DNA of 64,000 bases from an uncultured Chloroflexia bacterium (GTDB lineage Bacteria > Chloroflexota > Dehalococcoidia > GIF9 > UBA5629), in contig CAVSBU010000017.1 in the NCBI GenBank assembly GCA_963726215.1, forward strand, positions 29,265-93,264. The letters are read 5' to 3'. The notes beneath the pieces were generated by a model, which had not been told where the DNA came from, did no database searches, and saw nothing but the letters and a program-made list of their open reading frames with translations. Numbering within the stretch: position 1 is the stretch's first letter; each line of letters opens with the position of its first letter. The translations under genes were made by a program, and so were the position numbers. Positions 30,905 to 42,840 of the stretch are shown piece after piece.

Positions 30905-33125
30905 CTATCTAACGCTACTTAGGAGAATGGCGCGTCGGCTGTCTCTGCTATCGCGCTGCTGACCACCGGAACGATGTTTTTGCTGCCTGGGTGGTGGAGG
31001 ACGACGTGTTCCAGTAGAGTCCGCAGCCTCAGCTGTTCGAACTGCTGACGAATCTGAAAAAACTGCCCGCCGTGACAGATTCACCCTGTCCCAGATGGTC
31101 AATTTCAATAACTTTAACCATAATCTCATCGCCCACCTTAACCACATCCTCTACCTTGGCCACATGATAATCAGCCAGCTCACTTATATGAACCAGCCCT
31201 TCCTTTCCGGGCAGAATCTCGACAAAAGCGCCGAAGTTTGTCAAACGAGTTACCTTTCCAGTATAAACACCACCAACTTCCACCTCCCGAGTCAGGCTCT
31301 CTATCCTTTCGATTGCTTTCTGAGCTGCTTCCTGACTGGGTGAGCCGATAATCACCGTCCCATCATTTTCAACATCTATGGTCACCTTCGCCTCATCAAT
31401 TATAGACCGGATAGTCTTGCCCCCGGGACCAATCACGGCGCCAATCTTGCTCGGGTCAATAGTCATCTTATACATTCTGGGCGCATAAGGACTAAGCTCA
31501 GGTCGGCTGGTGCTTATAGTCTGCCTCAGCTTGTCCAGTATCTCCGTGTATGCCTCACGCGCCTGCTTTATTGCTTCAGCCAAAATCTCATAACTTATGC
31601 CTCTAAGCTTGATGTCCAATTGAAGAGCCGTAATCCCCTGGCTGGTACCAGCCACCTTGAAGTCCATATCACCGTAGGCATCCTCTATGCCCTCAATATC
31701 AGTAAGGACAACATAGTTATTATTCTCACCGGTAACTAGCCCCATAGCTATCCCCGCCACCGGAGCCTTAATGGGCACGCCAGCATCCATCAAAGCTAAG
31801 GTCGAGCTGCAGACACTGGCCATAGAAGTACTGCCATTAGAGCTAAGGACTTCAGAAACCAAGCGTATAGTATAAGAAAACTCGTCTTCGGTCGGTATCA
31901 CGGGCGCCAGAGCTCTTTCCGCCAGAGCACCATGTCCTATTTCACGCCGCCCGGGTGACCCAAGGCGCTTTACCTCTCCATTAGAGAAGGGTGGAAAGTT
32001 ATAGTGGTGCATGAAACGCTTTGTCGCCTCCAATCCCAAGCCATCAATCAATTGCTCTTGACGTAGAGAACCTAAAGTGGTTATGGTCAATACCTGAGTT
32101 AGCCCTCTGCTGAACAGCCCTGAACCATGAGTACGCGGCAGGAAACCGACTTCACCAGTAATGTGACGTATCTCCTTAGGTTGGCGGCCATCAAGATGCT
32201 GTCTCTTTTCCAAAATATTGGCTCTGGCTGCCTTTTTAATTTGGTCTTCGATAGCAGCATTAATATCAGCTTCAGGAAATGTCTCCTTAAGCTTCTCGGT
32301 GGCTTCTTGCTTGACTGTCTCAATCGCCTTTTCCCGTTCAGCCCGCTCTGTTAACCTAACTGCCTCAGTCAACTTATGCCCAAATTCCGAAGAGACGGCG
32401 CCGAACAGTTCGGTGGTAGTTTCAGAAGCTTTCACCTCCATCTTGGGCTTGCCATAAACCTGCCGCAAACTCTCCTGGAATCTTATAATCTCCTGATTCG
32501 CCTCGTGCCCAAACTTAATAGCTTCTAGAACTATCTCCTCAGAAACTTCCTTGGCTCCTGCTTCCACCATGACTATGGCTTCTCTGGTGCTGACGACAAC
32601 GAGGTCCAGCAGGCTATCGTTCAACTGAGGCAATGTTGGGTTTAACACAAGGTTGCCATCGACATAGCCGACACGCACCGCACCTATCGGCCCATAGAAC
32701 GGGATTGAAGAAAGGGTCATCGCAGCCGAAGCCCCGATGACCGCTAGTATATCAGGGTCATTTTCCTGGTCGGTGGAAAGGACAGTAACCACAATCTGAA
32801 CATCGTTATGTAAATTTTTATCAAAAAGTGGACGTAGACTGCGGTCGGTTAGCCGCCCGGCTAGGGTTGCCTCTTGACTGGGTCGTCCCTCTCGTCTAAT
32901 GAAGCTGCCGGGAATCTTGCCGACAGCATAGTGCCTTTCCTCATAATCCACAGTCAGATGGACGAAATCACCATTTCCGCGGGGCTCATCACTAATGCAA
33001 GCAGTGACCAAAACAACAGTATCACCATAGCGAACAGTAACAGCGCTGTCAGCTTGCGTGGCCAACTTGCCTGTCTCAATAGTTAGCAGCCTACCCCCAA
33101 TTTCACATTGGTCAGACTCAGACAT
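30905..33125 (-). CDS. pnp: polyribonucleotide nucleotidyltransferase (PNPase); frameshift near 31085 in the S1 tail
   Basis: Two RNase PH domains, KH ([15 protein letters not shown]) and S1 ([20 protein letters not shown]). The tail continues in another frame ([10 protein letters not shown]...) to a stop at 30905. Confidence 0.95.
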
Positions 33126-33148
33126 AACCCACCCACAAATACCTGAGT

Positions 33149-33412
33149 TTACTTCCTCAAACCTAACCTGGTAATAAGACTACGGTAACGTTTGACATCG
33201 CTCTTGGAAACATAAGCGAGCAAGCGCCTTCGTTGTCCTATCAGCTTCAGAAGCCCACGACGGGTATGCTGGTCATGAGGATGCACTTTCAAATGCTCAG
33301 CCAGTTGGTTTATCCTCTCGGTGAGCAACGCTACCTGAACTTCGGCAGAGCCAGTATCACTATCATGAATTTTAAAGTCCGAAATGATGGCTCCCTTCTT
33401 TTCTTTGTCCAA
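33149..33412 (-). CDS. rpsO: 30S ribosomal protein S15
   Basis: 87 aa. [49 protein letters not shown]. Confidence 0.95.
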   Translation of the reverse strand: MDKEKKGAIISDFKIHDSDTGSAEVQVALLTERINQLAEHLKVHPHDQHTRRGLLKLIGQRRRLLAYVSKSDVKRYRSLITRLGLRK

Positions 33413-33607
33413 ATTTACACTCCTTCTAATATGCGTCTATAACGCACAATTATAACACAGGTTCAAAATCAATGCACAATTGCTTTATGGCCTAACTTTT
33501 TTTCTCCCTTGAATAAGATAAAAGTGAATGATAGACAGCTCCTCAAGGTTCAAAGAATTATCACCCAAACTTTAGCAATCAACACTATGGAGTATAATAA
33601 AAGCGGC

Positions 33608-35284
33608 ATGACCTCCCAAGTTTTTTACCGCAAATGGCGCCCCCAGACACCTATCTGAAGTAGTAGGACAAGAGCATGTTACCCAAACACTGCGCCATGC
33701 TGTAGCTAGTGGGCGGGTAGCTCATGCCTATCTTTTCTGCGGTCCAAGAGGCACCGGTAAGACCAGCACCGGGCGCATCCTGGCTAAGGCAGTAAATTGC
33801 CTAAACCCCCAGCAAGGCGAGCCGTGCAATAGCTGTGCCATATGTAAAGCAATAAACGAAGCCAGCGCTCCCGATATTATAGAAATAGACGCCGCCAGCA
33901 ACCGGGGCATTGATGAAATTCGCGACCTGAGAGAAAAGGTCAATTATACCCCCAACTTGGCTCGCTACAAGGTCTATATCATAGACGAAGTCCACATGAT
34001 AACCAAGGAGGCGTCTAATGCCTTCCTTAAGACCTTGGAGGAGCCACCTCCTCACGCTATATTCATTCTGGCAACTACGGAACCACACAAAGTCCTGTCA
34101 ACAATAATGTCGCGTTGCCAGCGATTTGATTTCCATCGCCTCTCCCAATCAGCAGTTATCTCCAAGCTCAATCTTATCTGTGACAAAGAAAACATTAATA
34201 TCGAGCCTGAGGCCTTGAGGCTTATTGCCAAAGTAACTACCGGCAGCCTCCGCGACGCCGAAAATCTACTTGAACAACTGGTTACATACTACGGGCATGA
34301 GATTGAGCTTCATCAGGTGCAAGAGATGCTAGGCATCAGTGGCGACCTGCGCATTAGAGAGCTAGCCAGACATATCGTCAATAAGGATATCACTGCCGGC
34401 CTTAAGACCATTAACAGCGTCGCCAGTGATGGTCTCGACCTTCGCCAGTTTAATCGTGAACTGGTGGATTATCTCCGAGAATTGCTTCTGGTTAAGTCTG
34501 GCTCGGAAGACATCGTAGATGTTACCAGCGACGACTTAATTGAGATAAAAGAGCTGGCAGCTAGCGCCAACCTCGATTACCTGCTGATAGCAGTCAAGCG
34601 CTTCGGTGAGATAGACCTTCGCCTGGACAACTATTCCTCGCTGCCCCTGGAACTAGCTCTCGTTGACTGTATCTTATCTGTTACCGGAGCTAAGGAGCCG
34701 GTTAAAACTAAACAAGTTGAGACGGAAGAACCGGCTAAGGAGAGGGTCAAAGTAAAACAAGCGGAGCCGGAAGAAAAGGTAGCTAGCCGACCTGCCAAAT
34801 CAACCAGGCAAGCTCCGGAAGCTAAAGCCCAGGCTAAAACCCCGGCACCAGCTAAAAGCGCCGAAACTGAAGCAGAGCCAAGCGAAATTACGCAGAAACT
34901 CCGGATATAACGTCTTCTCCGGAGATGGACGACCTGCGCGGCCGCTGGAAAGACTTTGTCAATGCTATGCGCGGCGAGGGCTCCAAAGGCAACCTGGATG
35001 CCTTTTTGCGCAGCTCTTGCGAACCTCTAGCTATCGAAGATAACACTTTAATATTGGGTTTTTACCATAAATTTCATAAGGAATATATTGAAGACCCTAA
35101 GTATAAGCATCTGGTGGAGAGGAAGCTACGAGAGGTCTTTGGCCGTTCCTATCAGGTGCGTTGCGTTCTAACCAGCGGGAAAGCCAAAGGCAAAACGGAA
35201 ACGGAGAGCCCTCTGGTAAAAGCTGCTAAAGAAAGCTACGGCGCTACTATTGTTGGCAGAAAGCCCAGAATGGAGGAGGAATGA
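33608..35284 (+). CDS. dnaX: DNA polymerase III subunit gamma/tau (frame changes near 33650 and 34900)
   Basis: MTSQVFYRKWRPQT joins SEVVGQEHV...FCGPRGTGKTS (P-loop), a Zn module CNSCAIC, and IIDEVHM. ORF 34925..35284 is open upstream of its Met and reads like the DnaX C-terminal domain. Confidence 0.85.
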
Positions 35285-35586
35285 ACAAGTTTGTACTTCG
35301 CCAGGCACAAGACCTACAGGCTAAGCTGCTTAAGGCTCAGCAAGAGCTAGCTGACATGACTACCGAAGTAAGCTCTGGAGGCGGAGCTATCAAGATAGTG
35401 ATTGATGGCCAGCAAAGAATTCGCTCAGTGAGTATATCGCCGGAAGTTATAAACGCTGAAGACGCTGAGATGCTGGAGGACCTGGTCATGACAGCAGTGA
35501 ACGAAGCTATCCAGAAATCCCAGGAACTTGCCGCCAGCCATTTAAGCGGCTTAACCGGTGGCCTCAAAATCCCAGGACTGTTTTAA
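35281..35586 (+). CDS. ybaB: YbaB/EbfC-family nucleoid-associated protein
   Basis: 101 aa. [19 protein letters not shown]...[25 protein letters not shown]. It sits in the conserved dnaX-ybaB-recR order. Confidence 0.85.
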   Translation: MNKFVLRQAQDLQAKLLKAQQELADMTTEVSSGGGAIKIVIDGQQRIRSVSISPEVINAEDAEMLEDLVMTAVNEAIQKSQELAASHLSGLTGGLKIPGLF

Positions 35587-35599
35587 GGAGGCAAAACAT

Positions 35600-36211
35600 T
35601 TGAGCGCAGATTCAATGCCCACTGCCGAGCCCATAGCCAGACTGATAGAAGAATTCAACAAGTTGCCGGGCATAGGACCAAAAAGCGCCCAACGGCTGAC
35701 CTATTATCTGCTCCGAGCACCTGCCAGCGAAGTTGGGGCCCTAGCTGATGCTATCAGAAACCTAAAGGAAAAACTGGTCTTATGTTCCATTTGCCTCAAT
35801 ATCACCGATTCTGACCCCTGCGCTATCTGCCGAGACGAAGAACGCGACCATACCAAAATCTGCATCGTCGAAGAGCCTATAGATATCCTTCCCCTGGAAC
35901 GCACCAAAAAGTACAAGGGACTTTACCACGTGCTTCACGGCGTCATCGCCCCGACCGATGGGATAGGGCCTGATGAGCTGAAAGTTAAGGAGCTGCTATC
36001 ACGCCTCAACGACGGCCTGGTGACAGAAGTGATACTGGCAACCAATCCAAACCTGGAAGGGGAGACCACCGCCATGTACCTCCAGCGCCTGATTGCCCCG
36101 CTTGGTATTCGAGTCACCCGGCTGGCTCGCGGTTTGCCCTACGGTGGTGACCTGGAATATGCTGACGATGTCACCCTTAGCCGTGCCTTAGAAGGAAGGC
36201 AGGAAATGTGA
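35600..36211 (+). CDS. recR: recombination protein RecR
   Basis: TTG at 35600, 8 nt after AAGGAGG (an alternative ATG lies at 35615). [12 protein letters not shown] (HhH), a C4 zinc finger [16 protein letters not shown], and a Toprim domain. Confidence 0.9.
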   Translation: MSADSMPTAEPIARLIEEFNKLPGIGPKSAQRLTYYLLRAPASEVGALADAIRNLKEKLVLCSICLNITDSDPCAICRDEERDHTKICIVEEPIDILPLERTKKYKGLYHVLHGVIAPTDGIGPDELKVKELLSRLNDGLVTEVILATNPNLEGETTAMYLQRLIAPLGIRVTRLARGLPYGGDLEYADDVTLSRALEGRQEM

Positions 36212-36224
36212 ACAAACGCAGGCC

Positions 36225-37005
36225 ATGACAGCCCCTCGGACTTACCAAACAGAAGCTATCATCATCAAGCGAATTAAGCTGGGCGAAGCCGATAGAATCC
36301 TTACCCTTTATACACCTGAACTGGGCAAACTGAAAGCAGTAGCTAAAGGGACACGCCGTCCTCAAAGCAAGCTTGGCGGTCACGTAGAGCTTCTCACCCA
36401 CAGCCGCCTGATGCTGGCTCGCGGCCGCAACCTTGATATCATCACTCAGGCGCAGACCATCGATAACTTTCTGCCTATAAAGGATGACTTGGAGCGTATT
36501 TCGCGCGGCCTCTATATTGCAGAACTGGTTGATTCTTTCACCGGCGAGCATATCGAAGACCGGCCGCTTTTTGACTTATTGCTGGAAACACTTGCACCAG
36601 TTGTCCCAAACAAAGGACTGCGAGCTTATCCTCCGCTATTTTGAGCTGCATCTCCTCGACCATCTCGGCTACCGTCCCCAGCTTCAACATTGTACAGACT
36701 GCAATTCACCCTTGAAGCCTGATAGCAATTTTTTCAGCTCCAGACAGGGTGGCGTCCTCTGCCACAATTGCGGTTTCAACGAGCCGGTGGCACGCCCTCT
36801 TTCCCTGAATGCCTTAAAGGTACTGCGCCTGTGGCAGAATTGTGATTTCGCCGCCGCCAGGCGAGTAAAAATAAACCAGGAGCTGGCTGCAGAGTTGGAA
36901 CAGGTGATGCGGGAATATATCAAGTACCTCCTGGAGAAGCAGCTCAAGTCAACAGCCTGGCTGGATAAACTGAAACGGCACAACTCAGCCCAAATAGAGC
37001 CGTAA
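36225..37005 (+). CDS. recO: DNA repair protein RecO (frameshift near 36600)
   Basis: TEAIIIKRIKLGEADRILTLYTPELGKLKAVAKG (OB fold). The C-terminal zinc motif is CTDCNSPL...VLCHNCG. Confidence 0.85.
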
Positions 37006-37609
37006 TCCCCTCTCCCTTGACAAGCTTTGCACCAAAAGTGCCTCCTGTTTCAAAAGTCATGCAGTTGTTCCAAAAGTGACAAAAGGCATCATTCTTTGCC
37101 TCGTACTAACTTCATACCATTAGGAATCCGATTAACACCCATTGCTATAGAACCATTCTACTCCAACCTGAATACCTATAGGAACTCCAACAAATATATT
37201 CTTTTGTAAATTACAGACCTCCCTATTATCTGACATAACTACAATTTCATAGTCATTGATTCTAACTTTCGAAACTCCTTATTCACTGGAACCTTGCCAA
37301 ATATTTGAGATACCCCAGCTTTTGGTCTAAATTTATAAAGAAATCTGCCACTGACAGGTTCAGTGAATGTAACGATACCTGTAGGATTTGTATTAATATT
37401 GTAATCAATGGTTTACTCTCTTTAACTTCATAAATCGGTTTTTCCGCCCGTTCATCCCACCGGAAAATATCTAACCTAAAACCACTCGCTGTAAATACAA
37501 GTGGAAAAAACGGTAAGCCAGAACTAAAGGAAAGGGAACACCAAAGAAATCATTGTGCCGAGATTAACATTCATATTCTGTCTCCTATCCCAAAAGTCAG
37601 TAGCAGTTC

Positions 37610-37803
37610 TTACAATTCCTTATAGGTAATATTCCAGTAATTGAGGTCTGGATGTTCTCTATGTTTTGATGCTATTTCTCCACCATATACAAGTTTGGCA
37701 TTTTCTAAATTCTCTGGTTCAACTTCAACTATCTTCGATCTTTATAGTCACATTTCTTACAGTGTGCCGTTAGTTCATACTTTTTCTTTGGTGATAATTG
37801 CAT
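37610..37803 (-). CDS. small hypothetical protein in the AT-rich islet (one frameshift)
   Basis: AAAGGAGAA lies 8 nt before ATG at 37803. MQLSPKKKYELTAHCKKCDYKDR continues in the next frame as IVEVEPENLENAKLVYGGEIASKHREHPDLNYWNITYKEL. I recognise no family. Confidence 0.25.
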
Positions 37804-37929
37804 TGATATTGTTCTCCTTTTTATTATTGGAACAGGGAAGTTAAGTCAGACTTTAATTCATCTAATGATTTTCTAGTGGCATCATATACCTCGGTATTTG
37901 TTCAAGATATCAGCTTCTAGTGACATAAT

Positions 37930-38457
37930 TTATCCACCCAGTGCCTGAATTATAGCGCTATTAAATACCGGCAAATCGGACGGTCTGCGCGAGGTAATAA
38001 TATTCCCATCCTTAACTAAGGGCTCATCAACCCAGATTGCACCCGCGTTTTTGAGGTCTATTGCCACCGAAGGCCACGAAGTAAGACGGCGACCTCTAAC
38101 TATATCCGCCGAGATAAGAAGTTGTGGTCCGTGACAAACGGCAGCAATCACCTTGCCTAAATCATGCGCCTTTTTTACCAGGTCAATCATAGGCTGATGC
38201 AGCCGCATCTTGTCCGGTGCATAGCCACCGGGAATAATAATGGCATCAAAGTCCTCGGCTCTCACCTTATCGGCATCGATATCGACCTTGATTGTTGCTT
38301 TGCCTCTCTTCCCCTGATAGCTTGTCTGAGAGCCGCTGCCGACGATAAATATCTGAGCACCGGCTTCCTTCATCGCCTTTAAAGGCTCCGTCAGTTCAAC
38401 ATCTTCAAAATCTTGCTCTGCCAGTATGGCAACACGCTTTCCCTTTAATGACATCAT
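37930..38457 (-). CDS. DJ-1/PfpI-family protein (type 1 glutamine amidotransferase-like)
   Basis: 175 aa. The nucleophile elbow AAVCHGPQLLISA, and IIIPGGYAPD. Confidence 0.85.
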   Translation of the reverse strand: MMSLKGKRVAILAEQDFEDVELTEPLKAMKEAGAQIFIVGSGSQTSYQGKRGKATIKVDIDADKVRAEDFDAIIIPGGYAPDKMRLHQPMIDLVKKAHDLGKVIAAVCHGPQLLISADIVRGRRLTSWPSVAIDLKNAGAIWVDEPLVKDGNIITSRRPSDLPVFNSAIIQALGG

Positions 38458-38504
38458 CTACCTCCCAAAATCAAAAACCAGGTAACCCGCAATATCCATT
38501 CGCT

Positions 38505-39347
38505 TTAAGATTTCTCTACTTCCTCTAGCAGGTCATCGAATACTTCTACGTGATAGATTTCATGGTCTCTTATCCGAGTAAGCAGCTTCTTCAAGCCGGC
38601 ATCTTTGACTTCTTTGGCCGCGCGGTCATATTCGGCAGCCACCTCTTTTTCTATTTTAATGTCAGCGCGGAGCATGTCGCCCATTTTGGTCGATTTATCA
38701 AGCTTGGTATGCTCCAGCCTGGGATTCCCCTTGCCGCTGACCATCTTCTCAGCCAGCCAGCCCATGTGCTGCATCTCATTTATAGCCTGGTCCTCCATCT
38801 CCAGCTTCATTTCCTCATTCGTCGCCAGATATGAGTGCAGTAGATATTGCAGGATAACCGTATATTCATGCTCAATGCCCCAATTGAGAATCTGAGCCAC
38901 CTTGTCCTTGCGGTCACCCCTCAGGTCCTTGGTACCTTCCTTCTTCGTCTTCTCTACAAAGTGGGCAAAGTCACCGTGATGAGACTCCTCGTCTGACAGG
39001 ATGCGTTTCAGCAACCGCTTTATCTTGCGGTCACCGATAGCCTTGATGTGCTCTTTATACATGGTTATGGCGTCCTCTTCCAGCAGCACATCGTTTTTCA
39101 TCCAATCACTGGCTGCTTTGCCTTCCATGCGCATCTTGCCTCTTTTCATACTTGGCTTGCCGCCTAGTTCAACTATGGTCTCAGCCAGCCAATCAAGATG
39201 GCGCATCTCCTCCCTGGAAATGGCTTCGATTTCACAGGCCAACTCGCCCTCACCCATGGCATAGGCATGGCTCAGGTACTGGATAATAGCGCCATGCTCA
39301 CCCTCAAGGTCTTCATTCAATAAAGCAATGATTTCTTCTTTTTTCAT
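38505..39347 (-). CDS. tandem ferritin-like (bacterioferritin-type) diiron protein
   Basis: 280 aa with two halves, each carrying E...ExxH pairs (EGEHGAIIQY/REEMRHLDWLAE/DEESHH and IEHEYTVILQY/NEMQHMGWLAE/DHEIYH). Confidence 0.7.
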   Translation of the reverse strand: MKKEEIIALLNEDLEGEHGAIIQYLSHAYAMGEGELACEIEAISREEMRHLDWLAETIVELGGKPSMKRGKMRMEGKAASDWMKNDVLLEEDAITMYKEHIKAIGDRKIKRLLKRILSDEESHHGDFAHFVEKTKKEGTKDLRGDRKDKVAQILNWGIEHEYTVILQYLLHSYLATNEEMKLEMEDQAINEMQHMGWLAEKMVSGKGNPRLEHTKLDKSTKMGDMLRADIKIEKEVAAEYDRAAKEVKDAGLKKLLTRIRDHEIYHVEVFDDLLEEVEKS

Positions 39348-39432
39348 TTTTCCTCCGTATATAAATTTATTTTATGGCGCCGTTAATGGCGGCTTACAAG
39401 CCAATTACAGCTACCTGGAGAAATGCTTTACC

Positions 39433-39588
39433 TTACTTGCTTTTCTTACCGAGGTATTTCTCCGGGTTCTGGTCGAAAGCCTTTTTGCAGCCCATGGCGC
39501 AGAAGTAATATTTCTTTCCCTTGTACTCGGAAGTAGCCGGAGCCTTTTTTTCGTCCACCTGCATCTTGCATACCGGGTCTATTGCCAT
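39433..39588 (-). CDS. YHS-domain metal-binding protein
   Basis: Below the ORF-track cut-off. GGAGGAGGTG lies upstream of the ATG. MAIDPVCKMQVDEKKAPATSEYKGKKYYFCAMGCKKAFDQNPEKYLGKKSK has the DPVCxM...YYFCxxxC YHS/TRASH pattern. It lies directly downstream of copA. Confidence 0.75.
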   Translation of the reverse strand: MAIDPVCKMQVDEKKAPATSEYKGKKYYFCAMGCKKAFDQNPEKYLGKKSK

Positions 39589-39605
39589 CTTGTCACCTCC
39601 TCCGA

Positions 39606-42101
39606 TTATTTACCGACCTCGGCTGGCTTGAACCTCCTCAAGCGCAGCGAGTTCGATACCACAGTAATGGAACTGGCTGCCATAGCCGCTGCAGCCATAA
39701 TGGGATTAAGAAAACCATAGTCGCCGAAAATAAAGTGCAGTCCCACCGGAACGCCGGTATGAGAGAAGACAAGATATAACACACCGGCTGCCACGGGGAT
39801 AAGAGCCACATTATATGCAAAAGCCCAGAAAAGGTTCTGTCTAATTATTTGCATGGTGCGTTTACTCAAGCGATATGGCGGTTACAATTCCCATCAAATC
39901 TCCCCGAATCAGGGTAACTTCTCCGGTTTCCATAGCCACATCAGTACCCGTGCCTATGGCAATGCCTACATCCGCCTGAGCCAGCGCCGGTGCATCATTG
40001 ATGCCGTCACCCACCATCGCCACCACCCTACCATCCTGTAATTTTTTAACTTCCTCGGCTTTATGCTCGGGCAGAACTTCAGCTAAAACGCGCTCGATGC
40101 CGGCCTCGCGGGCAATAGCCTCAGCAGTACGTCGATTGTCCCCGGTAATCATCACCGTCTCAATGCCCATCTGCTGCATCGCCTGCACTGCCTCTCTGGC
40201 ATTTGGCTTTAGTGTATCAGCCAGCGCAATTATTCCTATGGCTTTGCTAGCCAGAGCTCAGGAACATGACTGTCTTACCTTCACTAAAAAGTTTATCGGC
40301 TTTCTCACCCAGGCCGTTCAGCGAAATACCTCTTTCTTTCATCAACCTGAGATTGCCTAACAGAAGCTTCTTGCCATCCACCGAAGCTTCCACACCCAGA
40401 CCAGGTAAGGCTATGAAATCTGAAACGCGGGATGTCTTCAGCTTCTTCTCAGAAGCAGCTTTGACTATCGCTTCACCGAGCGGGTGCTCCGAGACACGCT
40501 CAGCCGAGGCCGCCAGCCGGAGGACTTCTTCTTCTGAGGAAGAGGCAGCAGCCACCACATCGGTTACCGCCGGCTCACCGCGGGTCAGGGTGCCCGTTTT
40601 GTCCAGCAGCACGGTATTTATCTGGTGAGCTCTTTCTAACGCCTCACCGCTCCTGAAAAGGATACCGTTCTCAGCGCCTTTACCTGTACCCACCATGATG
40701 GCAGTGGGCGTGGCCAGCCCCAGGGCACAGGGACAGGCAATTATGAGCACGGCCACAAAGTTTAGAATGGCCAAGGTAAGGGCTGGAGGCGGGCCAACAA
40801 AATACCAGATTATGAAGGTAACAATGGCAATACCAATCACTGCCGGCACAAAATAGCTGGCAATGACGTCAGCCAGGCGCTGGATGGGAGCTTTGCTGCC
40901 CTGCGCCTCATCTACCAGCCGGATAATGCGCGCCAGCGTGGTATCCTTGCCCACCCTGGTCGCCTCGAATTGAAAACTACCCGTCTTGTTGATGGTGGCG
41001 CCGATAACCTCGTCACCCACTTTCTTATCCACCGGAATGCTCTCACCGGTAATCATCGACTCATCAACGCTGGAATATCCCTGCCTGACTATACCATCCA
41101 CGGGTATGCGCTCCCCGGGACGTACCACGATAATATCGCCGACCTGGACTTCTTCTACCGGAATCTCTTTCTCCTCGCCATCACGTATCACCACAGCAGT
41201 CTTAGGATTGAGACCGATGAGCCTCTTTATCGCTTCCGAAGTCTGCCCCTTAGCTCGCGTTTCCAGGTAGCGACCCAGTAAAATCAGGGCAATAATCAGG
41301 GCTGAAGTATCGAAGTACAGATGAGGTTCCACACCCGCAGCAGTAAAGAGGCCTGGAAACAGTACTGCCACCACACTATAGAAATAGGCAGCTGATGTGC
41401 CTACAGCTATCAAGGTATTCATATCGGCGGTCCTGTGTCTGAGCGCTCCCCACGCGCCTCGATAGAACCGCCAGCCTGCCCAGAACTGCACCGGCGTGGC
41501 TAATGCCCACAGCAGATAAGGCATATAAGGCTGCATCATCACGGCAGGTATAAAGCCCAGAATCATAATCAACAAACCAAGAACGATGGCGACTATGAAT
41601 CGGTTCCTTACTGCCCTGAGGTCTCGCTGGGAGGCTGTGGTCACATCCTCCAGGGTCTCTGCTTCCGGACCAAGCTCGTAGCCAGCCTCTTTTACCGCTT
41701 TTTGCAGGTCAGCTACCCGCACATCCTCGGTATATTCCACAGTGGCCTTTTCAGAAGCTAGATTGACGCTGACTGAAACCACCCCGGGCACACCGGACAA
41801 AGCACTTTCTACGCGGGCGACGCAGGAAGCACAGGTCATGCCGCTCACCGGGAAAATGGATTTCTTGGTGGCTACCCCGTAGCCCAGTTGCGGAGATAGT
41901 ATCCTTAATTTTGGCCAGGTTTACCTTATTAGGGTCATATTCTAGAGAAGCTTCCTCTGAAGCGAAGTTGACATTTGCCCGCTTCACTCCATGTGTCTCC
42001 GACAGACCCTTTCCGATGGTACGAGCACAGGTAGTACAGGTCATGCCCGTTACATGAAGACGAGCTTTCTCGGATTTCTTACCACTTGTCTTTTCATCCA
42101 T
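39606..42101 (-). CDS. copA: copper-translocating P1B-type ATPase (three or more frameshifts)
   Basis: Two HMA domains ([22 protein letters not shown]), TGESIPV, CPC ([13 protein letters not shown]), [17 protein letters not shown], and a C-terminal TM pair. Confidence 0.9.
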
Positions 42102-42120
42102 GTTGCAGCAGCTCCTGGCA

Positions 42121-42453
42121 TTAAGCTTTAATCATGGTGAGGACCATCTTGAATCTCTTAATTGCCTTTAGAGAGTGTGGTTGGTTGGCTGGCATTATAA
42201 CCATCTCACCTTGCTTCAAGTGAAGAGGTCTTCCTGAAATGGTAATTTCCGCTTCGCCATCAAGAAGGTAAACCAGGGCATCAAACGGCGCCATGTGCTC
42301 GCTGAGCCCCTGCCCTTCATCAAAGGCAAATAAAGTTACTGACCCTGCCTTCTGATTTATAATCTCCCGGCTAACCACAGCTCCATCCTGGTAGTCCACC
42401 AAATCAGTCAGTTTTGCCATCTTCGTCCTAAATGCTTTATCACCATGCTTCAT
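42121..42453 (-). CDS. cupin-domain protein
   Basis: 110 aa. SVTLFAFDEGQGLSEHMAPFDALVYLLDGEAEITISGRPLHLKQGEMVIMPANQPHSLKA is a classical two-motif cupin barrel. Confidence 0.7.
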   Translation of the reverse strand: MKHGDKAFRTKMAKLTDLVDYQDGAVVSREIINQKAGSVTLFAFDEGQGLSEHMAPFDALVYLLDGEAEITISGRPLHLKQGEMVIMPANQPHSLKAIKRFKMVLTMIKA

Positions 42454-42490
42454 TCTTAAGCCCTACATTAATTTCCCACTAGACATGAGT

Positions 42491-42797
42491 TTATTGTACT
42501 TCAACGCTGATGTCTATGCTGTCTATATCCTCTACATCTTTCAATGAAGAGACCATCCCCAACAGAGTATTGGAAATAATATCGTTAGGGAAAGGAGTAA
42601 GGGGAATTTCACTGCCGTTGACGGTGATTTCGACATTACCCTTTTTCTGATGTATTCTCAGGATCTTCTATGTCTTCTGCCCCTCTCAGTGAGGTAACAG
42701 CGCCTACCGTAGTATGAGACAAGAATTCCTCGACAAAGCGGTTCATCGGGATTGGCTTTTTGTTCACTTGAAGCGTTGCCTTGTAACTCCTCTCCAT
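42491..42797 (-). CDS. hypothetical protein (one frameshift)
   Basis: GGAGGTG RBS. MERSYKATLQVNKKPIPMNRFVEEFLSHTTVGAVTSLRGAEDIED then LRIHQKKGNVEITVNGSEIPLTPFPNDIISNTLLGMVSSLKDVEDIDSIDISVEVQ. The span of 307 nt equals 306 plus one extra base. Confidence 0.45.
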
Positions 42798-42840
42798 TTT
42801 GCACCTCCTTACCGCTTAACGATTCACCACACTATTCGTC

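Noticed and set aside
33413-33607. SRP (4.5S/scRNA) gene, which often precedes dnaX in Firmicutes-like gene orders.
   Set aside because: The conserved SRP domain IV sequence and symmetric-loop motifs are not visible in the 195-nt spacer, which is AT-rich and unstructured by eye.
34880-34930. Possible programmed ribosomal frameshift producing gamma and tau forms of DnaX, since the ORF breaks at 34908 and the C-terminal domain continues in another frame.
   Set aside because: No slippery heptamer (A AAA AAG type) or poly-A slippage tract lies at the junction. The same kind of frame break occurs in dozens of unrelated genes in this window, so an assembly indel is the simpler explanation.
39606-42101. 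copA, together with ligA, hdrD-like, dapB and others, as genuine pseudogenes indicating genome reduction.
   Set aside because: The disruptions are uniformly single-base, insertion-like, and affect essential genes equally. There are no in-frame nonsense mutations or large deletions in these genes. They are most likely sequencing or consensus artefacts.
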